The notes under the pieces were generated by a model. It did no database searches. It saw only the letters and a program-made list of their open reading frames with translations, and was not told the origin of the DNA. A DNA stretch of 64,000 bases from an uncultured delta proteobacterium (GTDB lineage: Bacteria; Myxococcota_A; Polyangia; Polyangiales; Polyangiaceae). The position numbers were made by a program, and so were the translations under genes. Within the stretch, counting starts at the first letter, position 1, and the number at the start of each line of letters is the position of its first letter. The DNA is taken from the NCBI GenBank assembly GCA_963841435.1, contig CAWJCS010000005.1, positions 1,312,001 through 1,376,000 on the forward strand, read 5' to 3'. This document shows, one piece after another, positions 30,200 through 39,252 of this stretch.

Positions 30200-32155
30200 T
30201 CAGACGCGCTTCTGCACGCTGAGCACGTGGGCCACGCGCTCGGCGGGGTCGAGCTTCACGTAGTTCCTGCGCCCCGTCCACGCGAAGCGCGAGCCGCTCA
30301 GCATGTCGAGAAGATCGTAAGTCTCGGTCTCGCCGATGCCGAGCTGCTCGATGGGAACGTCAACCATGGTTTCGTGCGTGGCGTGAGGGTCGAGATTGAC
30401 GATCACGAGGATGTCGTTGCCCGGCGCGTGGCGGCGATAGGCGAGAATGCCGGCGAAGTCGGACGGAAAAAATTCGAGGTTCGTGAGCGTTCGTAGGGCG
30501 GCGTTCTCGCGACGGATGCGGTTGAGCCGCGCGATGTCCTTTTTGATGTTGCCGGGCGCGTTCCAGTCGCGCACGCGCACCTCGTATTTCTCACTGTCGA
30601 GGTATTCCTCGCTACCGGGCTGGACGGCCACGTTCTCGCAGAGCTCGTAGCCGCTGTAGATGCCGTAGAGCGGCGAAAGCGTCGCCGCGAGCACGAGGCG
30701 CACACGAAACGCGGGGCGCCCGCCATGCTGCAGGTACTCGTGCAGAATGTCCGGCGTGTTGGTAAAGCAGTTCGCTCGGTAGTACTCCGCCATCTCCGTC
30801 TGCGTGAGCTCGGTGAAGTACTCTCGGAGCTCCTCCGAGGATGTCTTCCAGGTGAAATAGGTGTAGCTCTGGTTGAACCCGAGCTTCGCGAGCGCCTTCA
30901 TGCGGTTCGGCCGCGTGAAGGACTCGCTCAGAAAGACCACGTCGGGGTACCGCTGGTGCATGTCGCGAATGACCCACTCCCAGAACGAGAGGGGTTTCGT
31001 GTGCGGGTTGTCGACGCGGAACGTCCGAACCCCGCGCTCGGCCCAAAAGACGAGGATGTCGCGGCAGGCGTTCCACATCGCCTCGCGGTCCTTGCACCAG
31101 AAGTTGAGCGGCACGATGTCTTCGTACTTCTTGGGCGGGTTCTCCGCGTAGCGGATGGTGCCGTCGGGCCGCACGAAGAACCAGTCCGGGTGCTCCGTGA
31201 GCCAGGGATGATCCGGCGAGCACTGGAGCGCGTAGTCGAGCGCGACCTCGAGCCCGAGCTCGCGGGCGCTCGCCACGAAGGCCGCGAAGTCTTCGAGCGT
31301 GCCGAGCGCGGGGTGAACCGCCGTGTGGCCGCCCTCCTTGCCGCCGATGGCCCAAGGGCTCCCCACGTCGCCGGGCTCGGCCGTAGGAGCGTTGTTCTTG
31401 CCCTTGCGGTGCGAGACGCCGATCGGATGAATCGGCGGCAAGTAGATCACGTCGAAGCCGAGCGCGGCGATCTCGGGTAGGCGGCGCGCGGCGTCCGCGA
31501 ACGTGCCGTGCACGCCCGGCGTCGGGCTTTGCGAGCGCGGGAATAGCTCGTACCACGCAGCGAAGGTGGCTTCCTCGCGGTCGACGAGCACCTCGTAGAG
31601 CGGAGAGCGCGAGAGATCGCGCGCCGCGAGTGGCCCGACGACGTCACGCACGAGATCCTGGGACAGCGCCGCGCGCACCCGATCGTCGAGCGGCGCCTTC
31701 GTGTCGGCGATCAACGTCGCGAGCCCACGCACGCGCCGCGCGGCTTCGGCAACGAGGCGGGGCGCATAGGCCTCGAGCAATTCTGCACCGGCGACGAGCT
31801 CGGGGCTCACGTCCTGACCTGCCTTCAAGCGCTTCTCGAGCTCGGAGCGGAAGGTGCCGAAGTGATCTGGCCACGCCTCGATGCCGAAGTGGAAGCGTCC
31901 GAGCCGGTCGACGGGGAACGAGCCGGACCAGCGATCGGGATTGAAGTCGTAGCCGAGGGGGACCGCTCGCCACTGGGGCTCGCCCGGCGGCAGATACACG
32001 ATGCGCGCCGCGATGAGGTCGTGACCATCTTTGAAAATGGCGGCGCCAACGTCAACACGACTGCCGATCGAGCGTTTGACCGGATAGCGCCCGCCATCGA
32101 CGATTGGCGTCACCTGCTCGATTACGACGTGAGGCGGCTCGGAGGCAGGGCTCAT
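30200..32155 (-). CDS. glgE: Alpha-1,4-glucan:maltose-1-phosphate maltosyltransferase
   Basis: WYELFPRS, YLPPIHPIG, GSPWAIG, ALQCSPDHP, AENPPKKYEDI, FRVDNPHTKP, EEYLDSEKYE. Confidence 0.96.
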   Translation of the reverse strand: MSPASEPPHVVIEQVTPIVDGGRYPVKRSIGSRVDVGAAIFKDGHDLIAARIVYLPPGEPQWRAVPLGYDFNPDRWSGSFPVDRLGRFHFGIEAWPDHFGTFRSELEKRLKAGQDVSPELVAGAELLEAYAPRLVAEAARRVRGLATLIADTKAPLDDRVRAALSQDLVRDVVGPLAARDLSRSPLYEVLVDREEATFAAWYELFPRSQSPTPGVHGTFADAARRLPEIAALGFDVIYLPPIHPIGVSHRKGKNNAPTAEPGDVGSPWAIGGKEGGHTAVHPALGTLEDFAAFVASARELGLEVALDYALQCSPDHPWLTEHPDWFFVRPDGTIRYAENPPKKYEDIVPLNFWCKDREAMWNACRDILVFWAERGVRTFRVDNPHTKPLSFWEWVIRDMHQRYPDVVFLSESFTRPNRMKALAKLGFNQSYTYFTWKTSSEELREYFTELTQTEMAEYYRANCFTNTPDILHEYLQHGGRPAFRVRLVLAATLSPLYGIYSGYELCENVAVQPGSEEYLDSEKYEVRVRDWNAPGNIKKDIARLNRIRRENAALRTLTNLEFFPSDFAGILAYRRHAPGNDILVIVNLDPHATHETMVDVPIEQLGIGETETYDLLDMLSGSRFAWTGRRNYVKLDPAERVAHVLSVQKRV

Positions 32156-32296
32156 TCGCCCGCTCTTAACACGAACCGGTGCTCTCGCGCGCCCCCGTGC
32201 CGGGCCCGTGCCCGGAGCACGCCGCCACGCCGCCAACACGGCACCGTCACTTTCCCCGCTTCGCTCGGCAGTTACGCCGGATCGGCGGGGGGGGTG

Positions 32297-34007
32297 CTAG
32301 GGCGTCACACGGAAACCGTACAGGCGAAGCTTCGTGGGCGGCGGGATCGTGGATCGGGGCATGTCGCGGTTCGAGGGCAACGTTTCCCAACGGAGCATGT
32401 ACAGGATGGTCGGATCGGGGCTCGCGCCGTCGTCCTTGCGAAAGCGCACCTCCATCTCGGCCGTGCTCGACTCCACTCTCGCAAGCTCGGAAGGGTACGG
32501 CACCGGCTGTGGGATCGTCGCCTCGGCGGCGAGCGTCGTCGGATTCAAGCGAAACGCGCCGAGCCCACCGTACTGCGAGTGGTAAAAGTTCTGCGTGAGC
32601 GTGCCGCCGGGCTGCACTTCGACCGGCTCCACCTCGATTTCGAACACGAGCGTGCCGCCACCACCGAAGTCCCAGCGGTAATCCCACTGCGACGTCTGAT
32701 GAACGACCCAGCTGCCGTTCTCGAAGCGCGCGTTGTAAAGCTGCGTCTTCCCGTTCTGATCGTACTTGTGATACGCGATGATCGGTCGGTTCTGCGTGTC
32801 GAAGCCGACCTTCGTGTTGTTGTTGATCATGCCGCCGCCGGCCGGCACGGGGTCGACGACCTCGCTCGTGCCGAGCGTGATGGGCAACGTCAGCGCCTGG
32901 CCGCTCGCCTTCGTCCAGCTCAGGAGATCGGCGCTGCGCGCGTACGAGAGGTCGTGGTTCGTGGCGGCGTCGGGCGTGTCTCGCCACACCCACACGAGGT
33001 GAAAGAGGTCGTCGGGTCCCTTGATGGGGCCGACGGGGTAGGCGTTGCGCTGCCCCTCGCCGTCGGTGAGCGGTGTGCCGAGCAGGCGTGACCAGGTTTT
33101 CGTGCCCGTCGAGTACTCGTTGAAGATGTGGTTACCGTTGCCGCTCGAGCCGTCACGGTAGATGAACACGAGCTTGCCGCCGGGACCCCGGAAGAACTGC
33201 GGGTACGTGCAGCTCTGCTCGTTTTGCCCCGTCATCGAGAGCTGCTGGAAGGTGTCGATGTCGAGCGGCGCCGAGGTGCGGAAGTAAATGAGAGGCGAGC
33301 TGTGCATGTTGCCCGCCACGTGGATGTAGCCGTCGTCGTCGATGGCCATCACGATGTCGTTGTGGCTGTCCCAGCCGACCGAGGTCGGCAGCCGCACGAG
33401 CTTCCAGGTGGACGATCCGAGCGTCCGATCGGCAACCGTGAGCGCACGGTTCGCATCGTAGAACGCCGCGAACTGGCGATCCTGCCGCGTGATGAGGAAG
33501 AAGCCGACGGGATGCCCGGACCAGAACGTCGGTGATGTCGAGAGCTTCGGCGATCACCGAAGGCGTGCCGCCGCCACCACCCGCACCTGCGCCCGCATCA
33601 CCGCCCGCTCCCGCACCGGCGGAACCGCTCGCGCCGCCGCTCGCTCCGGAAGCGCCCGCACCCGCGCTGCCCGCCTGGCCGGCACCGGCCGCCTCGGTGC
33701 CGGCATCGCCGCCGGAACCTGCGACCTCGCCCGCGCTGCCACCCGCGCCCGCACCCGCCGCCGGTGCTCCGGCGCTGCCACCTTCACCGCCACCACTCAC
33801 CCCGGCAGCGGGACCAGCCCCCGCTCCAGCGCTGCCGCCAACGTCTGCGCCGCCCTGGGCTCCCGCAAGCCCCGCGGAGCCCGCCGTGCTCGAGCCGCCC
33901 ATCCCGGATTGGCCCGACGAAGCGGACTCGGACGACTCGCAAGCAAGCAGGGTGCACGCGAGCAAAGTGACCGACAGGCGCCACCGCGGGCCACTAATGC
34001 TGCACAT
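32297..34007 (-). CDS. Lipoprotein with Gly-rich linker and BNR_4-type beta-propeller (lyase-like), one extra base near 33525
   Basis: Lipobox LLAC; after removing one base: DVWSGHPVGF, GWDSHN, IHVAGNMH, TYPQFF, YRDGSSGNG, NAY, TNHDLSYARS. Confidence 0.8.
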
Positions 34008-34083
34008 GCCTCGGCTCAAGGTATCCGATGCCTTCTCACACTGCCAGCGAGGGCCACGATGTGCATGGTATCTTCATGACTCG

Positions 34084-35682
34084 TTGCGCAAGCGTCCGGC
34101 GCCAATCACGACTCGTACAGCGTCGATTATCTCGACGCTGCTATTTTGCTTTGCTTGCGGCAACGGGGGCGGCGAGCCGAGCGGCGTCGCGGGCAGCGCG
34201 GGCACGGTGGGCGGCGCCGCCGGGTCCGGTGGGTCCGGCGTGTCGGGAACGGCGGGCGCTCAGGCGGGCGCCGGTGGAGCAGCGGGCTCGAGCGGTGGCG
34301 TCAGCGGAGGATCGAGCAGCGGCGGCACAGCGGGCACGGCGGCCGGCGGCGATGGCGGCGGACCGGCGGGTGGCGCCGCGGGAGCAATTGGCATGGCGGG
34401 TAGCACGGCAGCGGGCACGGGCGGCGCGGCGGGCACGGGCGGTCAAGCGGGCGCCGCAGGCAACGCCGGAGCCGCCGGCAGCAGTGGCGCAAGTGGCGCA
34501 AGTGGCGCGAGCGGCGCGGCGGGCAGCTCGGGTGCCGGCGCTGGAGGCGCCGGGGGCGTACACGCAGCGGACGCAGCGTTCTGTCTCGCAGAGCTCGACC
34601 GCGCCGCCGACCAGTACGCCGGCTTTCGCACGGCGTACACCGATGCGACCCAAGTGCCACGCTCCGCAAAGAACGGCAGCGTGCGTCGCGTCGCCACGAG
34701 CGACTGGACGAGCGGCTTCCCCGCCGGCAGCTTCTGGCTGCTCTACGAGCACACCGAAGACACGGCGTTCCGCACCGCAGCACAGACTTTCACGGAGGCG
34801 CTCCGGGGAGAGCGCACGCGCACCGACAGCCATGACGTAGGCTTCATGATCAACGACAGCTTCGGCAACGGCTACCGCCTCACGGGCGACGCCGGCTACG
34901 CGAGCGTCGTGCGCGACGCCGCGGCTTCGCTCGCGACGCGCTTCAATGCCACCGTGGGGGCCACGCGCTCGTGGGATTTCGGCAGCTGGAGCTTCCCCGT
35001 GATCATCGACAACATGATGAATCTGGAGCTCCTGTTCCACGCGACGGAGCTCGGCGGCGACGCGAGCTTTCGGCAGATGGCCATCACGCACGCGCTCACC
35101 ACTCGGAAGAACCACTTCCGCGCCGACATGAGCTCCTATCACGTCGTCGACTACGACCCGAGCACGGGCGCGGTCATCAAGAAGCAGACCAACCAGGGCG
35201 TGGCCGACGAGTCCGCGTGGGCTCGCGGCCAGGCGTGGGGCCTCTACGGTTTCACGATGTGCTTTCGCGAGACGGACGACCAGAGCTTCCTCGATCAGGC
35301 CATCGGCATTGCGGACTTTTACACTCAGAGCCCCGCGATGCCGTCCGACGGCGTGCCCTACTTCGACTTCGACACCGCCGACGACGACACGATTCCCGAC
35401 TACCGGGACGCTTCGGCCGGCGCCATCGCGGCGAGCGCGCTCTTCGAGCTCGCCGGCTACGCACCCGCCGAGGCGTCCGAGCGCTACCTCGCGTTCGCCG
35501 TCAAGGCCATCCGCTCCCTCTCGTCAGCGAGCTACCGGGCGGCGCTGGGTCAAAACTCCCATTTTTTGCTGATGCACAGCGTCGGCAACTACCCACAGAA
35601 CGACGAGATCAACGTCGCCATCAACTACGCCGACTACTACTACCTCGAAGCCCTGCTTCGTTGCTCCAAGCTCGGCGGTTGA
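34084..35682 (+). CDS. GH88 unsaturated glucuronyl hydrolase lipoprotein with Gly-rich linker
   Basis: DWTSGF, HDVGF, VIIDNMMNLELL, SAWARGQAWGLYGF, DASAGAI, YADYYYLEAL; TTG start inferred before the CFAC lipobox. Confidence 0.9.
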   Translation: MRKRPAPITTRTASIISTLLFCFACGNGGGEPSGVAGSAGTVGGAAGSGGSGVSGTAGAQAGAGGAAGSSGGVSGGSSSGGTAGTAAGGDGGGPAGGAAGAIGMAGSTAAGTGGAAGTGGQAGAAGNAGAAGSSGASGASGASGAAGSSGAGAGGAGGVHAADAAFCLAELDRAADQYAGFRTAYTDATQVPRSAKNGSVRRVATSDWTSGFPAGSFWLLYEHTEDTAFRTAAQTFTEALRGERTRTDSHDVGFMINDSFGNGYRLTGDAGYASVVRDAAASLATRFNATVGATRSWDFGSWSFPVIIDNMMNLELLFHATELGGDASFRQMAITHALTTRKNHFRADMSSYHVVDYDPSTGAVIKKQTNQGVADESAWARGQAWGLYGFTMCFRETDDQSFLDQAIGIADFYTQSPAMPSDGVPYFDFDTADDDTIPDYRDASAGAIAASALFELAGYAPAEASERYLAFAVKAIRSLSSASYRAALGQNSHFLLMHSVGNYPQNDEINVAINYADYYYLEALLRCSKLGG

Positions 35683-35772
35683 GCGCTCGGCAAACGGGCA
35701 CGGCCGCGGGCGGCGGCGGATCGTTTTGGGACCGAAAGCTTCGTGATAGACATCGCTCGCCGGAGCGCAAGC

Positions 35773-36207
35773 ATGGGCCGAATCAACGTCTCTCTGCTTT
35801 CGGGTTGGCTCGCGTTTCTCGGCTGCGGCCGGCCCGAGCCGGCCGAGCCCCCCGCCAGCGCGGGCGCCGCGCGCGCGACGCCGGGCTCGCGCGCTCCGTC
35901 GCGCGTCGCTCCGGCGGGGTCTCCGCGCGACATCAATGGCTCGACTCCCGACGACGCGCACACGATGAGAAGCGGAGCACCCGACGGGGTGAGGCCGCGC
36001 GAGGAACGGGCGACCGAGAACGCGCTCTCCCCGCACGATGCGCACGATGGCGCCGCCAGCGGCGAGGAGCGCACACCCGCCTACACGCGAACCGTGGCGC
36101 GATGGCACCAGCTGCACGCGAGTGCGGGCGACACACGGACAAACCCGGTCGGACCTCACCCCGAACGCTTGACACCCACGAAGGGGTGGCGTTTCAATTT
36201 GGGTTAA
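35773..36207 (+). CDS. Possible small lipoprotein or gene remnant
   Basis: MGRINVSLLSGWLAFLGC lipobox-like start; remainder is low complexity. Confidence 0.3.
   Translation: MGRINVSLLSGWLAFLGCGRPEPAEPPASAGAARATPGSRAPSRVAPAGSPRDINGSTPDDAHTMRSGAPDGVRPREERATENALSPHDAHDGAASGEERTPAYTRTVARWHQLHASAGDTRTNPVGPHPERLTPTKGWRFNLG
36169..36198 (+). promoter_or_regulatory. Candidate sigma70-type promoter for the EAL gene
   Basis: TTGACA at 36169, 18-bp spacer, TTCAAT; about 165 nt upstream of AAGGAGG and the TTG start. Confidence 0.4.
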
Positions 36208-36361
36208 TGCGACACGACGTTTTCGTCCGGCAGCGGATCGCGGCCTAACCGGTGGAACGGGGGTTCATGGCAGGGTTTCACTCGGGTAAGGGGGCGCCGG
36301 GGCGGACGGCTACGCAGGGCTACCCCTCGCGCATCACCAGGCAGCAAAGTAAGGAGGGGGG

Positions 36362-38971
36362 TTGAGCGCCAGCGCCGCGCCGCAGCGGGAGCGGGTGCTC
36401 CTCGTCGACGACGAGCCTCAGGTGCTGGTCGCGCTCGAGGATCTGTTGTCGGACGAGTTCGTCGTCATGACTTGCGGCTCGGGGGAGCGCGCCCTCGAGA
36501 TCCTGGAAACGGACGGCAACGTCGCCGTCGTCGTCAGCGACCAGCGCATGCCTCGCATGCCGGGCGACGCGCTACTCGCGGAGGTGGGACGGCGCACGAC
36601 GGCGTCCCGCATCCTCGTCACCGGCTTCGCCGATCTCACCGCCGTGATCCGGGCCGTGAACAGCGGCCACCTGTTCGCCTACATCGCCAAGCCCTGGGAG
36701 CCGAAGGACCTGAAGCTCAAGGTCCAGCTCGCCGCACACCATTTCCGGCTGAGCCAGGAGCTCGCCCACGAGCGGCGACTCTTGAACGACCTTCTCACGA
36801 GCACCCCTGACGCCATCTTCTTCAAGGACGCCGAGCTACGCTTTCTGCGAGCCAATCGGGCGTTCGCCGAGCTCCTCGACTCCGCGCCCGAAAAGCTCGT
36901 CGGCAGGCGCCTGGAAGATCTCGCCCCCGACCCCGCCGAGGCGGCGCGCGTCGCGGCCGAGGAACGGCGCATCGTCGCAACGGGCGAGCCCCTGCTCGAC
37001 GTCGTGCGCAGGCACGAGCGGCAGGGCGTCACACGCTACCTTTCGGAGAGCAAGGCCCCGATTCGAGAAGCGGACGGCCGCGTCGTCGGCATCGTGGGGA
37101 TTGCCCGCGACGTGACCCAGCGTGTCGCTCAAGAGGCGAGCATCGCCCGGCTCACTCGCGTGCGAGGCATCCTGAGCGGTGTCAACGCCGCCATCCTGCG
37201 CGCCTCCGACGGCACCGCGCTACTCCGCGAATGCTGTCGCGTCGCAATCGAGCACGGCGAGCTCTCGCTCGCCGGAGTCAGCGTGGTGGACCCGAGCGGG
37301 CAGCTCGAGGCCCTGGCGATGGAGCCGGCTGGCGTGCGTGTTCCCACGCGGGTGCGCAGGTTCCTCCTGAACGGCGCGGTTCATCCCACGCTCGCCGGCG
37401 TGATCGACCGGGGGCAGCCCGTGGTGCTCGACGCGGTCCCTGACGCGCCCTTGGAGCCGGGCTCCGAGCCGCCGCCTCGGCGCCGCGAGATTCGTTCGCT
37501 CGCGCTCGTCCCCATCGCGCGGCCCGGCGAGCATCCCGTACTGCTCTGGCTCTGTTCGCCCAAGCCCGATCAATTCGACGCCGAGGAGCTGATGCTGCTC
37601 GGCGAAACGGCCGACAACGTGTCGTTCGCGCTTGCGAGCATGGGCCGCAGCAGGCGCCTCGACTTCCTCGCGTATTTCGACGAGACGACACGCCTGCCGA
37701 ACCGTCAGCTCCTGTTCGATCGCACGGGGCAACAGCTCGGAGCGGCGAGCCTCGACGCGCCGCTCGCACTCGTGGTGGTCAACGTCGCTCGCATGCGCCA
37801 GGTCAACGAGTCGTTCGGCCGGCGAGGCGGCGACGACCTCTTGCTGCAGATCGCCCAGCGCATCGAGCCCCTCGTGGGCAAGAAGGGCACGGCTGCTCGC
37901 CTCGACGGCAACGTGTTCGCGCTACTCGTGCCGGCCGTGGACGCCGAGGCGGCGGCGGCGTCGTTCGCCGAGCACGAAGTTCTCGCGGCGTTTCGACAGC
38001 CCTTCGTGGTAAACGACGCCGAGGTGCGCGTTGCCGTGCGCCTCGGCATCGCCCTCGCGCCCGGCGACGGTGACAGTGCCGAGCTCCTGGTCTCCAACGC
38101 CGAGGCCGCGCTCAAGAAGGCGAAGGCGACCGGGCAGCCCTACCTCTTTTACTCGCCGGACATGAACGCACGCGTCGCCGAGCAGCTCGCGCTCGAAACG
38201 AAGCTTCGCCGCGCGGTCGACCACGGGGAGTTCCTGCTTCACTACCAGCCGAAGACCGACCTCACGACGGGGGAGCTCGTGGGTCTGGAAGCGCTCATCC
38301 GCTGGCAGGAGCCCGGCGGGGCGCTCGTCCCTCCCGGCCGCTTCATCCCGGTGCTCGAGGAGACCGGGCTCATCCGGGAGGTCGGCCGCTGGGTCCTCGA
38401 GCGGGCCGCGCTGCAGTACCACGAGTGGTCGCGCGCCGGGCGCTCGCCGCCGCGTATCGCGGTCAACGTCTCCGCGCTCCAGCTCGCCGCGCGCGACTTC
38501 GCGGGAAACGTGGAGCGCGTGTTGCGCCACTATCCGGACGGTAGCGGCATCGACCTCGAGATCACCGAAAGCGTGTTCCTCGACGACCTGGCGGGCAGCA
38601 TAAAGAAGCTCGAGGGGGCGCGGCGCCAAGGGCTGCGCGTCGCGATCGACGACTTCGGAACGGGTTACTCCTGCCTTTCCTATCTGGGGCGCCTGCCCAT
38701 CGACACCATCAAGATCGATCGCTCGTTCGTGGTGCGCCTGAGCACGGATCCGCAGGCGACCTCGATCGTCGATACCATCATCTCGCTGGCGCACGCGTTC
38801 GGGCTCGAGGTCGTTGCCGAAGGTGTCGAGACCGCGGAGCAGGCGCAACTCCTCCGCAAGCTCGGCTGCGACCAGGCGCAGGGCTACCTGTTTGCACGGC
38901 CCGAGCCTGCCGCGGCGACCGAAAAGCGACTCGGCTCGCGCTTCGATCTCGACGCCCTGCTTCGGAACTGA
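36362..38971 (+). CDS. REC-PAS-GAF-GGDEF(degenerate)-EAL protein, probable c-di-GMP phosphodiesterase
   Basis: REC (LVDDEP, SDQRMP, KPW); PAS (AIFFKD, RDVT); GGDEF site reads RLDGNVF; EAL intact ([40 protein letters not shown]). Confidence 0.93.
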   Translation: MSASAAPQRERVLLVDDEPQVLVALEDLLSDEFVVMTCGSGERALEILETDGNVAVVVSDQRMPRMPGDALLAEVGRRTTASRILVTGFADLTAVIRAVNSGHLFAYIAKPWEPKDLKLKVQLAAHHFRLSQELAHERRLLNDLLTSTPDAIFFKDAELRFLRANRAFAELLDSAPEKLVGRRLEDLAPDPAEAARVAAEERRIVATGEPLLDVVRRHERQGVTRYLSESKAPIREADGRVVGIVGIARDVTQRVAQEASIARLTRVRGILSGVNAAILRASDGTALLRECCRVAIEHGELSLAGVSVVDPSGQLEALAMEPAGVRVPTRVRRFLLNGAVHPTLAGVIDRGQPVVLDAVPDAPLEPGSEPPPRRREIRSLALVPIARPGEHPVLLWLCSPKPDQFDAEELMLLGETADNVSFALASMGRSRRLDFLAYFDETTRLPNRQLLFDRTGQQLGAASLDAPLALVVVNVARMRQVNESFGRRGGDDLLLQIAQRIEPLVGKKGTAARLDGNVFALLVPAVDAEAAAASFAEHEVLAAFRQPFVVNDAEVRVAVRLGIALAPGDGDSAELLVSNAEAALKKAKATGQPYLFYSPDMNARVAEQLALETKLRRAVDHGEFLLHYQPKTDLTTGELVGLEALIRWQEPGGALVPPGRFIPVLEETGLIREVGRWVLERAALQYHEWSRAGRSPPRIAVNVSALQLAARDFAGNVERVLRHYPDGSGIDLEITESVFLDDLAGSIKKLEGARRQGLRVAIDDFGTGYSCLSYLGRLPIDTIKIDRSFVVRLSTDPQATSIVDTIISLAHAFGLEVVAEGVETAEQAQLLRKLGCDQAQGYLFARPEPAAATEKRLGSRFDLDALLRN

Positions 38972-39037
38972 GTACCTCACCCGACGAGCGCAGCGACGCT
39001 GTCGCGCGACTCGAAATATCCGTGAGGAGTTAGAAAT

Positions 39038-39079
39038 AGGAGTCTGGACACTGGTCCGGACTCCTGGCCATTTGGCCAG
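39038..39079. promoter_or_regulatory. Two adjoining inverted repeats in the intergenic region (operator or terminator candidates)
   Basis: AGGAGTCTGGAC-actg-GTCCGGACTCCT (12-bp stem, one non-Watson-Crick pair) and CTGGCCA-tt-TGGCCAG. Confidence 0.5.
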
Positions 39080-39252
39080 TTCACCGTCCCGTCACACAAC
39101 GTCACAGGCCTGGGTCGTCCTGACCCAGCCACCTTTGCACTTACTTTATCCCACAGTGTGCCGTCTTTTGATCTGACAGCCCGCCACCGGGTACCCTCCG
39201 GCCAAAATCACCTCAGCTCGTTCACCGTCCGCTCCCCCCATCGTGCCCTCGA

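Noticed and set aside
28192-30222. Long antisense or alternate-frame ORFs (also 14772-16412, 54210-55913, 62243-63835)
   Set aside because: Arg/Ala/Pro-rich shadow ORFs expected in very high-GC DNA, overlapping well-supported genes
33532-34083. Pro-rich N-terminal extension of GH88
   Set aside because: Mostly the antisense reading of the Gly-rich linker of the divergent BNR_4 gene
36205-36300. c-di-GMP-I riboswitch in the EAL gene leader
   Set aside because: GGCCTAA...ATGGCAG resembles the tetraloop receptor, but the GNRA-capped P2 and GCAAA junction are not evident; would need an Infernal search
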